The position numbers were made by a program, and so were the translations under genes. From contig OZ024745.1 in assembly GCA_964016885.1 (NCBI GenBank), positions 83,886,001 through 83,950,000 on the forward strand: a stretch of DNA of 64,000 nt, written 5' to 3'. This document shows positions 35,485-49,122 of this stretch, in pieces; position 1 is the first letter of the stretch; each line of letters begins with the position of its first letter. A model generated the notes under the pieces. It did not search any database. It was given only the letters and a program-made list of their open reading frames with translations, and had not been told where the DNA came from. The DNA is from Eledone cirrhosa (Eukaryota).

Positions 35485-38400
35485 TTACGGGGCCAATGCA
35501 CCCTTCGCCCAGAACGGGTCGTAGTTCTGTGTGTTGATGGTGGGGGGGGGGGGAGAAATAGGCCTGAGTGGCAAAGAAAAAGAAGGGGGCATTTGAGTTT
35601 CAAGTGTCATTGTGTCATTGTCCAGGTTTGCTCGTTTGAGATGATCAACGGAAACCGTTTCCCTGGAACCCCGAATGTCCAGTGTGAAATGTTTGTCTGT
35701 GCGAGCAAGCACACGATAGGGTCCAGAGTACGGCCGTTGAAGAGGGGGTCTCACGGCGTCGTCTCTAACGAACACATGGGTCCACAAGGCAATATCCCTT
35801 GGGACGGCAGTTTTTACAGTCTCCTTCCTAGTGCCCATCGGTGGTAGATCCTTGAAATAAGAGTGAAGCCGGGACACGTAGGAAGCGGGGTCCTGCGAAG
35901 TCAGGTCAAAAGGGGCCAGCATTTGCCCCGGTAACGCCAGAGGCGTACCATAAACCAATTCGGCAGAGGAGAACCCAAGGTCCACCTTTACCGTCGACCG
36001 AATACCCAACAATACAATGGGTAGGTACTCGCTCCAACGTGAAGAGTCCATGGAAGCCCTTAAGGAGGCTTTGAGCTGCCTGTGGAATCTTTCCACCATT
36101 CCGTTTGAGGCTTTGTGGTAAGCCGTGGTTCTTATTCGAGTAGCCCCCAGGATTTGGGTTAGTTCTCGGAAGAGGTTAGACTCAAATTGACGACCACGAT
36201 CCGTTGTTATGGTGGTTGGTACACCGAAACGAGCGATCCACGAAGATACGAGAGTACGGGCTGTGGTTTCGGCGGTGATATCTGTTATAGGGACGGCTTC
36301 AGGCCAACGCGAAAAACGGTAAACAATCGTCAAAAGATACGAAAAACCACGACTAACCGGCCACGGGCCGACGATGTCCACATAAATGTGACGAAATCTT
36401 GCATCGGGGCAGGTGAAGGTTCCGAGAGGAGCCTTAACATGTCTATGAACTTTCGCTTGTTGGCAAGCGACACAGGAACGACACCAAGCAGCAGTGTCAC
36501 GTCTCATACCAGGCCAGAAAAATCTGGCTGTTATGAGTTTTACTGAGGCTGATACTCCTGGGTGAGAAATGCCATGTAAAGCGAGAAACGCAGTTCGTCG
36601 ATGTTCTACTGGGACTAGAGGTCGTGGTGAGTCCAACGAAACATCATACAGTATCTGTCCGTCAGCAGTTGAGATCGGAATGTATTTCAGTTTGCAATGT
36701 ACAAACTCTGGCGATGTAACATCCAACGATTCGAGAGTGGGTTGGGCAGCTGCCATTCGATGTAAATCTATCTCCTCGGAAGACGAAATCGATGCGATCG
36801 GCAGGCGAGACAGCGCATCGGCCGCTGTATTCAAAGAACCCGGAATATGTTGAATGTCGTTCGTGAACTGTGAGATGAAGTCCAGATGTCTCGTTTCTCT
36901 GGGCGAGTATTTGTCTGCCTTAGTTCGAAGAGCAAACGTCAAGGGTTTATGATCAGTGGAAATGGTGAATGTTCTACCTTCAAGTACATGAGTAAAATGT
37001 TTCACTGATAAATAAATTGCTAATAGCTCCCTTCCAAAGGTGCTATAGCGAGTTTCGGCAGGCTTTAACTTCCTCGAAAAGAACTCGAGTGGTTGCTGTA
37101 CCCCATCACACTTCTGCTGTAAGACTGCGCCCACGGCGCTATCCGAAGCATCAACACAGAGCGATAGCTCGGCGTTGGGTACTGGGTGAGGGAGCAAAGA
37201 CGCGTTCGCTAACGCCTTTTTCACTTTTTTAAAATCATCAAGCTGCGTTTTATTTAAGGAAATGTCCATATTCTTACGCCGGCAACCCTTAAAAATCTCT
37301 GTCAACGAGAACAGCAATTTGGAACAACCAGGTACGAATCGCCTATAAAAATTTACAAGGCCCAGGAATTGACGCAATTGTCGCAGTGAACTTGGCGGGG
37401 GCAAACCCGATACTGCCTTAACCTTCTCAGGAAGAGGTCGAATACCATCGGCGTCAATCAGATGGCCTAAAAATGTTAGTGAAGTCGAGCCGAAAACACA
37501 CTTGGAAGCATTAATACGAACATTATATCTCTGTAAACGACGAAATACGAGATCCAGATGCTTTGAATGCTGCTGAGGGGAAGAACTAGCAATCAACACA
37601 TCATCGATATACGTGTACACAAAATCCAGGCCCCGAGTAATATCATCCATAAATCGTTGGAAGGTACTTGCAGCATTTCTAAGGCCGAAAGGCATAGTGA
37701 GGAATTCGAATGATCCGAAAGGAGTGGCAATAGCAGTCTTTGGGATATCCTCCTTGTTAACCGGAATTTGATTATAAGCGCTGATCAAATCAAGCTTAGA
37801 AAAGATTCTGCAACCCTGCAATGACGATGCAAAATCCTGCAAATGCGGGATTGGATAACGGTCAGGCACGGTAATCGCGTTTAAGCGTCGGTAGTCACCC
37901 GTCGGTCTCCAATCCCCAGAAGATCTAGGTACCATATGTAGAGGCGATGCCCAAGGACTTGTGGAGCGCCGAATTATTCCCAATTCCAGCATGTGGTCGA
38001 ATTCAAGACGTGCAGCTTTCAACTTCTCTGTATATAATCTTCGAGGACGTGAGAAAACAGGTGGACCTGTAGTGGATATGAAGTGTTCAATCGCATGATC
38101 TGGGCTAGTTATTCGTAACTTTCCCTGCGTCAACTGAGGGAATGAATGTAACAGGCTTTGATACTGGTTGCCCACTTCAGCCAAGAAAAAGGAAGGGATG
38201 ACAGTGGCGACGTCCGGCTCTGAACCCTCGAAAGAAAGGCCTGTTTCAGCATCAACAAGGCGTTGTCTGCGAATGTCCACCAACAAGGAAAAATGGTGGA
38301 GAAAATCCGCTCCCAAAATGGCGTATGGCAAGTCGGCGATAGTAAACTTCCACTTCAAATCACGCCGCAAATTTTTTAATCGAAGAGGAAGCGAAATTTG

Positions 38401-38600
38401 CCCATACGTTCGAATGGCCGTGTGGTTGACTGCTCGTAGATTTAGATTTGATTCGGCTGGGCTTTTTTTGAGATAACTGACTGGCCAAATACTCAGCGAC
38501 GCGCCAGTATCGACAAGGAAAAATTTTTTTGACCGCAGGTCGTATACGAAAAGATGGCGGTTCGGTCGGTTTTCCCAGAGTTCACTAGCCGTTCCTAGTG
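35485..38600 (-). pseudogene. pol: Gypsy pol: protease (FLVDTGA, frameshifted from the rest), RT, RNase H, integrase
   Basis: [46 protein letters not shown]; ORF 35485-38370 with protease N-half out of frame. Confidence 0.9.
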
Positions 38601-39380
38601 GCTCTGCTTTGCGTTTCCCGATCTCTTGTAATCACAGGGCGTGCGACAACGTTGCGCCCTACTGCCGAAGTTAGCATGATACCAACACAACGAAGAATTA
38701 TTGTTGCCTGCGTTGTAGTGCTGGCGATGAATAGAGGACGGCGGCGAACGATACCTCAAACGTTGAGAAGGCTCTCTGTGATGTACCGACAAATCTTCTA
38801 CCTTTTTGGTGAGAGCTTCAATCAACTCCAACAGTTTGCCGTCGGCCACAGAAGAACTGCGTGGAGGGACGCAAGCTGAAGCCACATAAGGATTATGCTG
38901 ATTGCTGTTCGAGTCCACCCAAGTATCTTATCCGCGGACGCGGCAAGTTGCTCTAATGAATCCTTCTCTAAACTATTGACCAATATCCTTTGCGCACTTG
39001 GTGGTAGACGTGAGAAAAAAAAGTTGCTTTATGAAGGGGGTGTCAATCCCCTGGGAGTCGCTCAACTACCGCAAATGTCGCAAATAGGAGCTCGGCTTCC
39101 TGTCACCCATTTGAGCATCGTCCAACAACTCCCGAAAACGGCTCTCTACCGACTTGGTATTTCTGCGAAGAATTTCTTTTTTTAATGAGCCGTAGGTAAC
39201 GTCGGCGTCTAAATCCGTCACAACGTCCTTCACCGAGAATGCCAAGGAAACAGGTAGGCCATTGATCAGGACCTTCAGCTTAAGCTGTTCCTTTGTCTTT
39301 GTCAATTCAAAGAAAGATTCCAGCTGCGCAAACCACAACTTGATGTCGCCTGCGAAGGACGGCAAATGATGTTGACTCAT
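38595..39380 (-). pseudogene. gag: Gypsy gag with one internal TAG and two frameshifts
   Basis: LPSF..LWFAQLESFF, MGDRKPS, stop at 39066, SRLP in a shifted frame, CHCC knuckle. Confidence 0.85.
38613..38619 (-). promoter_or_regulatory. Putative -1 ribosomal frameshift site G_GGA_AAC at the gag/pol junction
   Basis: X_XXY_YYZ heptamer in gag frame shortly before the gag stop; the protease frame is -1 relative to gag. Confidence 0.7.
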
Positions 39381-39925
39381 GGTGCCACGTATTTGATGAC
39401 TCTTTGGTGTTGGTCAATAGTTAGCCAGGTGTTGCTGCTGATAGCTGGTAATCGGTGGTAGCCGTTTTGAAATACTGCTAATTTTTTTTCTTTAAAAAAA
39501 TATTCTAAAGAAAATTTTAATAATAAAAAAAAATCATTTTCTATGAAAATTAATGGTAAGAAAAATCCAAGATGGCTGATTTAAAAATGTGTCCGTGATG
39601 AAGAAGCCGTCATGTGGCACGATGCAGCCAATCAGATGGCTGGGATTGGAGAAGACAAGCTGAACGCGGGAAAACGAAATATCTCCATTTGTAATTTCCA
39701 CAGAATGTTGGAAGCAAAATTCTATATCCAGAGAAATCCTTTATTTTTTTTTTTTTTTTTTTTGTGTTGTATTTTTGTGTTTGTCTGTATGCGTGGTACA
39801 ACAAATGGAATATAATGAATTTTATGGACTTACGCTAAGTGATTCGGACATTCCAAATGTTAAGCCATTCCACATTGCCGTTAAAAAGAATTTCGGACTC
39901 AAATAGGCTGCGTTTTCATTCTTTA

Positions 39926-39940
39926 TCGTCAGGGTCGCCA
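39926..39940 (-). promoter_or_regulatory. Primer-binding site TGGCGACCCTGACGA
   Basis: TGG-starting motif 1 nt inside the 5' LTR; primer tRNA not identified with certainty. Confidence 0.75.
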
Positions 39941-39941
39941 A

Positions 39942-40205
39942 TAAAGGAAAGGGATGTTTCTCTTTGTCGAATAAATAAATGAACAATCAAGGCTAACAAT
40001 CATTTTATTTAATGCCATAATTTAGTAAATTTCCTACAACGTCAATATTTTGAGGAGCGGATCTTTCCACGTCTGTTCATGTCCGTGGTCCAAAAAGAGT
40101 GAGTGAACCTGTGGCTGTGTCCGGGTGTATTTTTGCCTCCGCTCTCTGAAGGGTTGTTAAGGGGAGGCAACTGCTAGTTGCCAAGCGACCATCTCAGCCA
40201 CTACA
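39942..40205 (-). repeat. 5' LTR
   Basis: Begins TGTAGTGG and ends CCTTTA on the minus strand. Confidence 0.95.
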
Positions 40206-40230
40206 TATATATAAATATTTGTTTTTTAAC

Positions 40231-40304
40231 TATTTCATCTGATGAACGAGCTTTACGTTTCTGTAAGGATCGTCTAGTTTCCTGAAACCCTTGATTATGG
40301 AATA
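40231..40304 (+). ncRNA. Degenerate hammerhead-like motif
   Basis: Stem I tatttcat/atggaata, CTGATGA, extended stem II (acga/tcgt, tttac/gtaag), cctGAAA; stem II base and stem III imperfect. Confidence 0.45.
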
Positions 40305-42161
40305 ATTATATTGTAGTGTTTATTATGTAATTACATAGCTCTGTACTATACATAGAGCACTTTTCTTTCCTTTACCTTTTCTACGGAAATATATATTATA
40401 TATTATATACATACACAGTATATTATATGTGTGTGTGTTACACGTTGGAGTGTCGAAGGGATACTTTTTGAGAAATTTTCCAAACCGTCTCTAAATTATG
40501 CAGGAAAATTACAAAACAAAATAAATGTTTACAATTGCATATGTCTCCCAGTTGAAGGTGGCAATTATCTTTCCCTGGTGTTTTGAAAATCGTCCAAAAT
40601 GACTGGTATTATACATTTATACATAATGGAAGGGCGACTCGTGGGGATTTCTTTAGAATTGCTGCCATTTCACTTTGGAAGTGATAATTACGTTTTCGTA
40701 TGGATTTGAATATTATTTAAACGAAAATGTTCGTTTATTTTAGATAAATCTACCTCACGATATCAGTCGGATGAGTGGGGAGGGTTCGGATGGTGGAACA
40801 ACTGAAAACGACTACTTTACGGCTGTTTTAACGAAATATAACTTTTCCTGCAATACAACATATTGTGTTCTATTCGATAGATACATTGTGTAATGAAATG
40901 TAGACTGCTGACTTGTTGGCAAAATATTACGAAAACGCAGAAAATTCAATACTTTTCTCGTTATTCTAAAAGAAAATTAACTATACAGTGATAATAATCA
41001 AAAGCTCACTTTTAATACGAACAAGAAAATTGCGGCCCGCTAAAATCTTTCCATATGCATGCGCTTTATGTCGATAGGGTAATCCGCATGCCTCGATGTT
41101 CATTCAAATGCATATCAAACCTGAATTGTATCAATAAGATTCTTGAGTTGCCTTTCATAGATAATGGTCATATTTCTCCGTGGGCTACAGACTTAAGAAA
41201 TTTAGGTTATAAACAGTTAACTATTAACCTTTCAGAAAATTGTGTAGACCAAAATGTTAATTATACCCACACACAGAAGATAGAAATATTTTGGTGGGAT
41301 TTGAAGGAGTGGTTTAAAAGGCCATGTATTGCGTCAAATTATTTATATTAGTACCTGGCAAGATATTTATTTCTTCAAGATAAGTAAAATCTTGTCCAGC
41401 AATTGTTTCTATTGGGGCAGCCAATTTATATCAACTTCTCTTGGATTACCAGAAAAGCATTGCCCATGAAGGATTGTTTTTTGATAGGTTTCGTAAAAAC
41501 CGTCGTAAATTTGTTCCTTCTGATTTTCCCCCACCTCTCAATCCCATTGATTAAGTTCGTGATGTAGGGTTAATTAAAAAACAAATAATGTCGACGGTTG
41601 TGAAAGTGAGATTCGTTCAAAACATTAAAAACCACAAGATAAAACTAACTTTTCCATCTAGAACGGGACGGGTGTAATTGTAAAGGAAAACTGTGGTGTG
41701 TCACCTCCCTGCTTAGTTCCCCCATTCGTTATATAAATAAGGATGTTTTTCAATCTCAGATTCATTCAAATCATATAAAAAAAGCATAGGAAAAAACTTC
41801 AACTGCAATGTGGGACGGATGTAATTGTAAAAATCTCCCAAACAAGACTTTCAAACATCAAATATTCTTATTGTAGAGTGTCAGGGACGAAAATATATTA
41901 TAATAAATATGAACAATACAAAATTGTTGGCTATAGAAAGTGTAGTATCAATGGTGGTGTCCCAGCGTGGCCTCAGTTTGTCGGCTAGTACACGTAATGC
42001 TGTAATAAAGTAACTTATGCCAACCACAACTTGTGTTCGGGAAATATACAAGCTTTTATATATCTTTTCTGAAAGGCTAGATCATACGTTGTGCTGAATT
42101 TCATATTACGCTGTGTAGAGGTTTATAGGTGAAGCAGTTTATGTGCATATACATATAGTTA

Positions 42162-43885
42162 TTTAGGAAATTAGTATCAGTGTATATGAATATTATCAAG
42201 AATGACAATAAATGCAGGTGAGAGTTGTGACATGGTTTTACTTCACAGAAGTCAAATAAATTATTATAAATAATTGTTACCACATGTTGATGTTCAGGTG
42301 ATCACAACTCCCCATACTGGAGTGTGTGGAGAAGAACAGAAAATCTTCTCTTGGTAAGGTTCAAGTGTTTCTTTAGGCTGCCGGTGTTCTTCTTCTTGGG
42401 TGCGAAGGAAGTAAAACAGGAGTCATCTGTTGACAAGGTCTCAGGTGTTCTTGTCCCTTCGAAGTTCAGGAGTAGAGTGTGTCTTATGCCTTGATTTTCC
42501 TCGACTATATAGTCCCCAGGGGGACGCAACTCCGTTTAGTACATGAATCTGCCGCTGGGACTCGCGCCCGTCGCAAAGGAACGTAACTCATATACGTGCT
42601 GAGTCACAGCCGTAAAGGTGCCGCTACAGTACCTTCCTCCAGACGCTAGGCTAAAAGCCCGAAGGTAACTGTAGCGAACCCACAAGCATGGGCTCCCAGT
42701 ACAGGCATGAAATATCAACGCAAGGGGTACATGTATGAAATCAGGCATGAAATGGTAAAGAAAAGGTACATATAAAGAGAAAAACAAAAAGAAATAAGGC
42801 TCCAGTGGCCAGTTCACATGAAAACAGTTTGGCAGAGTTTTTGGTCCAGTGGACTCTTCGACCGGAACGGGTCGTGGTCTTGTATTTAGCTGAAGGTGGG
42901 GTAGAAGGAGCAGGTGTATGCACAAGAGAGAAAGATTGGGGTATTTGTGGATCGGGTGTATGAGCGTCATGGTATGCGCTTTTTAGTCTCTCTGGACCCC
43001 TTAATGTCTACAGTTAAATGTTTGTCAGTACGTGCTAACACACGGTAGGGTTCAGAGTACGGTTGTGTGAGGGGATAGACTAAAAAGGGCATACAATGAC
43101 GCTCATACAATTATTATCATACAATTATAATAGCGACACTGGGTTGTATGTACAATATTTATTTACGAAGATTGAGCTGAGTAGAGCTGAATAGCTGACA
43201 TGCCAAGAGAGATGAAACAATGAATTAAGGATTTCAGAAGACACGGTCCACTGGCTGAAGTGTTGCCAGGCCGTGGTTAAGTTGTTGTGTTACATGTTGG
43301 CTAGTGATTTCACGAGGAAAGAAAGTTAGGTGTTTACCTTTTCAGAGACAGCAAGCGAGAATTTTGATACACAACTCACACAACACCAATCCTATTATTT
43401 TTTTCTCGGGGTCACCAATTTAGGAATTTAGTTTCAGTGTCTATAAATATTATCAAGAATGACAATAAATGCAGGTGAGAGTTGTGACATGGTTTTACTT
43501 CACAGAAGTCAAATAAATTGTTATAAATAATTGTTACCACATGTTGATGTTCAGGTGGTCACAACTCCCCAGACTGGAGTGTGTGGAGAAGAACAGAAAA
43601 TCTTCTCTTGGTAAGGTTCAAGTGTTTCTTTAGGCTGCCGGTGTTCTTCTTCTTGGGTGCGAAGGAAGTAAAACAGGAGTCATCTCTTGACAAGGTCTCA
43701 GGTGTTCTTGTCCCATCGAAGTTCAGGAGTAGAGTGTGTCTTATGCCTTGATTGTCCTCGACTATATAGTCCCCAGGGGGACGCAACTCCGTTTGGTACA
43801 TCAATCTGCCACTGGGAGTCGCGCCCGTCGCAAAGGCACGTAACTCCTATACGTGCTGAGTCACAGCCGTAAAGGGGCCGCTACA
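42162..43885 (-). mobile_element. Internally deleted non-autonomous Gypsy-type LTR element
   Basis: 467-bp LTRs 42162-42628 and 43419-43885, 4-bp TSD GTTA, PBS TGGTGACCCCGA ending at 43417, PPT ggaggaagg, integrase tail remnant [27 protein letters not shown]. Confidence 0.9.
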
Positions 43886-45403
43886 GTTATATACATTTCT
43901 GCCTGTTCATAATATATTAACAACAGTTATTGTGTTCGTTGTTACATAACCGAACGTACACAACCGACAAACTGAGTAGCAACGAAGTCAATAATTGGCT
44001 TCAGACGAATAAATATGCCTTTTTCAATTCATTTTCGTTCTTCCTTTTTATTTGTACACTCATATATATGTGATTGATTATATATTATATATTTACACAG
44101 TCGAATTTATATACATTTAGATGAATAGCTAAAAGCAGCTGTAGAAAATGTATTTCAAAAAGTAATATACAATATATATTTTACATTTTTCCGCTTTCCA
44201 CTTAAAATATGCATTGGACTATTCCACGTCAACCTAAAAAATAGTCTATTTTTGTCGAATTTCTTTTGATAAATTTCAGCATTGCATTTGCTGTCTCAAG
44301 CTTTACTGCTAACATTGTTGTAATAGGTAGCACTGTGGAATGGATGATTGTTTCTTTAGTTTGTAGAGGAGCTGAGATTATGTTAGTATTTTTGCACATA
44401 GAAAACAGAGGAAAATTACTCATAGATCCCATTAATCACGATTTGGCAATTGTATCATCAGTAGTCCCCAAAACATTCAATGATGTTCAGAGGCCAACCA
44501 CCTCCACATATATTTATGTGGTATAATAAGGTGTGAGAGGAGCAGTGGTCATTATCCTTTTCGGGGCCTCCGAGACTGGTAGAGTGTAAGGGAAAGATAC
44601 GCTGAAGATGAAGGTCTAGCTTGAGTGCATGCAATTGTAGAATCCACTAATGACACCTAATTCTTAGTTGCTGTTGTTAAATCCGGTGACGGATTAAGTA
44701 TATCATCTAAGTATGCTATCACACGATATGAACTCGGAATGCAAACAGTCGGAATAAATAACAGAAGACATTGTATCCGATGCCCTAACCTTTCTTCTAA
44801 TGCATCGCTATAGAGTGTTACTTTATCGATCCTGGAATTATGAAAGACAAAATTGACCTCACTGGAATTTTGACTCTGAATGCAAATGAGCTGGAATAGA
44901 TACTGCAAGATATATCTTCCATCGCTTTAATGACTCTGTCAATTCACCGCCTACACGTTCTTACTCCAACCAATAGACCATGATATACTCATGGAACACA
45001 CATCGATCTTCTAAAATGTATACGCGTAAAGAACATTCACAAATGCAACAGATATACTGTGATATTGATATGACTGAATGTTTTTCAAATCAATGTTATC
45101 TTCTGGATTACTTGAATTGATAAAAGCTCTGTGAAACATGATCTGCATAATTTCTGGACAGCATCGCTGGTTTTTGGCAATGGGGATGAGAAGGTAGAGG
45201 GTTGGATGACGGTGATAATGAAAATGAAGAGGAGATGATGTTGGTCGAGGATTAAATCATAATAATGTTGATGATGATGACGGCCACGAATATGCTAGAA
45301 ATGCGAAGAAGTAGGGTAATGAAAGAGAATGTAGATGATAGTGATAATAGCTATTTTGGTAATCATCAACACAATAACAATAATGACAATAATAATAATA
45401 ATT

Positions 45404-45575
45404 GTTTCTACTTTTGGCACGAGGTCAGCAATTACCCAGTACATTACTGGTACTTTATTTTATCGACCCCGTAAGGATGAAAGGCAAAGTTAACCACGGC
45501 GGGATTTGAACTCAGACTGTAAAGGGACGTAACTATGCTAGAAAAGATGGCGTCCAACCCTCTACTGAAACTGCC
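45404..45575 (+). mobile_element. SINE fragment, same family as 25.9 kb
   Basis: Near-identical core to 25897-26025; weaker piece also at 47045-47160. Confidence 0.6.
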
Positions 45576-46389
45576 AATTCACCGTAGTAATAATAATGAT
45601 GATTACTTTAATGAAAAGACGTGCGTAACGAAAGATGGATAAAACGTCAAAACAATCGCAAACAACAAACACTAATAATATAACGAACACCGAATTTTTT
45701 AGTGAAAGAGAATAAAAATACTTGGAATTAAAGAAAAACGTACGAAAGCCTATGCGTGCAAAAACATACAAACGGGGAAGTAAAAAACCCGGTACCCGAT
45801 AAAAATGACACTCTAAATGAAAGGCTAATCATTAACTCACAAGTGCCACAAATATAATTGAAAAAAAAAAATGGAAACGGGAAGAATGTGTTTCGATTTT
45901 ATATGGATATTTGGCGGCAACAATTTAAAAAAACGAAAATATGGGAGAAAATGTGGGAGAAAAATAACCCACATGGAAAAATATCAGAAACTAAAATAAA
46001 ACATCTAATAGAGTGAATTCACTACGAAAACAATAACAATGAAAATAAAACAACTAACGAACATAAGAATATTGAGAATTTACAACATAAAGAATCCCAA
46101 ACATATGAAGTAAACAAAACACACAAAATAAAAGCAAAAATCCTAAACGTTCGACAAGTTTAATGGGATGCTGACGAGGCCAGAAATAACGATAAAGTGA
46201 AAAAGTAACCATGATCCCCCCAAAGTAATGGCACAGCAACCCCAAAGCTATAGGCCTACAACATGCCTTCCTACTACCTACAAGACCGTAATTGCAATAA
46301 TATCGCAGAAACTGACCAAGCACCTGAAAAGATCTTTCTTTCTCTCTTTTTTCAAATATATATATATTATCACAGATCAGATCGGATAG

Positions 46390-46685
46390 ATTAGATAGAT
46401 AACTTACAAAGTATTGGGAACATTTAGAAAATATAATGGCCGCATTTTATATAACTATAATACAATTTGATAACTATGAATCAAGTAAAGTATCGTCGGA
46501 GAAGGGAAAAGTGAACAGAGACGCCTGTGGAGAAAAGAAACATACTTAAGATATCCATTTAAAAGAAATAAAAATGTCTTGTTGACTTCTTCACCACAGT
46601 TTTATTCTAGCAATGTTTCCAAATAGCTTTTCTCTAAACCAAACGAAACAAAGCGTTCAGTCGCGACACCGAGTTTAAATAATTA
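46390..46685 (+). repeat. ~300-bp dispersed repeat, second copy 51350-51655
   Basis: gattagatagataa.ttacaaagtattgggaacat...gtcgcgacaccg in both copies. Confidence 0.8.
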
Positions 46686-48114
46686 TTAGAAAAATTAACC
46701 TATTTCTTGGAGAGGAGAAAAGGAGAACGATGCTAAAGGCTCATATATCTGTACAGAACGAATCAACAAAGCCATACCGAAACCTGTAGAAAAAGAAAAC
46801 AAAATGTCAGCATGGCATGGTTTAACATGTGCTACATATGTGCTACATATATGGGGCTGTCGTGACATACGACACGACCTACGTATTTAAACCTGCAGAG
46901 AACCCCTCTCTCATGTTCTGAACGTAGCTGATTTCTTCCAGAGAGACAGAGAGCGAAATGAAGTATGAGATATAAAAGAAGACTCGATCACAATAATGGG
47001 CTCGTACTGTAGCTATCAACCTCGAAATGATGAGAATCACACTTAACCTCAGCGGGATTTGAACTCAGAACGACTACCGTTAAGCATTCTATCAGACGTG
47101 CTAATGGCTGTGACACATAGTATAATCTCTACAGCGGATTACTGGTACTTATTTTATAGATTACAGAGAAAAAAGTAAACATCACTGCATGTCTTTTGGA
47201 ATTTATGGCTATTGAAACTAGATACAATAAGTTTAACTTAATCTTTCCACTCACTGAATTGGTTTTATCTACGTGAGCATTTCTTATAATTCATTAATGC
47301 TAAATATGGAAAATAATCATCAAGACTACGTTATATTATAACTTATAAAAGTAAACGAAAACGTATGAAATTACATTCAATAGATATTTATGAAACCATA
47401 CATATCTTTATATATAGCGGATATGATAGAAGATATATATGAAATTACATTCGATAGGAGATGGCTGATTAAATTATTAAATTATCCTTTCAAGTATACA
47501 AAGGACATTTCTAGTGAAGTTGTATGAAACATAATACAAATTTCCATGCAGCATTGTTTGGAGTAACTTGCTAAGGTTTCTAATCAATATTTCATGTATG
47601 TGAAAAGGTTATATGTAATATGTCATGGTCTGTTTCCAAAATACCCAACGTCATTGAAATTCTCATTCATGGTCAGATACAAGCAATATTAAGAAACAAA
47701 TTACAACGTGAGACTAATGATGTGAGTTCCATACGCTATTGGATCACATTGTCACCATTTGAAGAATATGTCAAGGAAATCACTAAATGCCGTAAATATT
47801 TTTCTCTAAATAAAACGAAATTCAGGATGTCAACTCAGCACTGAAGCTTTAAGAACATCTGTGAACAGTTTATGCTACAACTAAGATATAATTCTGTGTA
47901 AAACAAGAGTCACAATTCTTTTTAAAGATTTCAATTTAATTCCTGTTCCCTTTCATCATTCCAGTGTCAATAAAATCACTACTGAAGTTGATTAAATCAA
48001 CTAAAGTTTACCGTCAAATATGCAACCATGTAAAGAAAAACTTAGAACAAATATATAGGTGTATCTGTTAGTGCCGGTTTCCAATTCGTGATATTTGAAG
48101 GGCATTTGCGAACT

Positions 48115-48202
<88 letters not shown>

Positions 48203-48305
48203 CGTTGACAAATATATCAATATGCCCAGACATGTAGATATATTGCCCTTGGTATGACAGTGTGGTTGTAGCTCACTGTAGGATATCTAGTATACTACAG
48301 AGCCG

Positions 48306-49039
48306 TTATAGTTATAGTAATAACCAAAGGGTGCTTAGAAATACATTGTTTTATTAGCTAACAGTGTTTCATCCATACACCATAGCAAGGAATCTTCAGA
48401 GCCTATAAACATGAGTATATCAGCAGTTGCATGCTCCATCGAGCTGCGTCACCAGAACAAGGTTAAATGACCAGCAGGGGGGGGGGGGGGGGCAGCGCTA
48501 TAGGGAAAAAGACAGAAAACATGATGCACATAATGTCATAAAATGACTTAAAGATTTAAAAATTTAAAATTACACCAAACATTTATCACTTAAATGGTGC
48601 AATAGATGATAAAGAGGTTGGGAGAGGGTAGCAAGGGATGAGTGAGGGTATTACTCAGCCTGATCAGAAACAATAAGAAAATAATAAAAATAATAATAAT
48701 AATAAAGTACAAAAATACAGGGATAAGAAGAGAGATAAATATAAAAATACAAAACAATAAAGGAACATTTGTGGTGTAATTATAAATTTTTAAATGTTTA
48801 AGACATTTGATGACATTATGTGCATCATGTATTCTGTCTTTTTCCATATAGCGCTGGCCTCGGGACCCCCTGCTGGTCATTTAACCTTGTTCTGGTGACG
48901 CAGCTTGATGGAGCATGCAACTACTGATATACTCTTGTTTATAGGCTCTGAAGATTCCTGCCATGGTGTATGGATGACACACTGTTAGCTAATAAAACAA
49001 TGTATTTCTAAGCACTCTTTGGTTATTCCTATAACTATA

Positions 49040-49040
<1 letters not shown>
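48306..49040. mobile_element. Fold-back pLTR-type element, ~270-bp inverted arms each with a hammerhead motif
   Basis: Arms 48306-48584 and 48770-49040; minus 48357-48402 reads gct-CTGAAGA-ttcc..ggat-GAAA-cactg-TT-agc; the plus copy has GACA for GAAA. Confidence 0.7.

Positions 49041-49120
<80 letters not shown>

Positions 49121-49122
<2 letters not shown>

Larger units (their letters stand above)
34740..40205 (-). mobile_element. Ty3/Gypsy LTR retrotransposon, CsRN1/Kabuki-like, inserted in (TA)n
   Basis: 264-bp LTRs, PBS, gag with CHCC knuckle CWYH..FG..AQRC..PC, order PR-RT-RH-IN. Confidence 0.93.

Noticed and set aside
44229-44600. Possible CR1/L2-like RT remnant on the minus strand (TDDT; ANAMLKFIKR)
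   Set aside because: Too degenerate to call without a profile search.
47620-47844. 74-aa ORF as a host exon
   Set aside because: No recognisable domain or convincing splice context.
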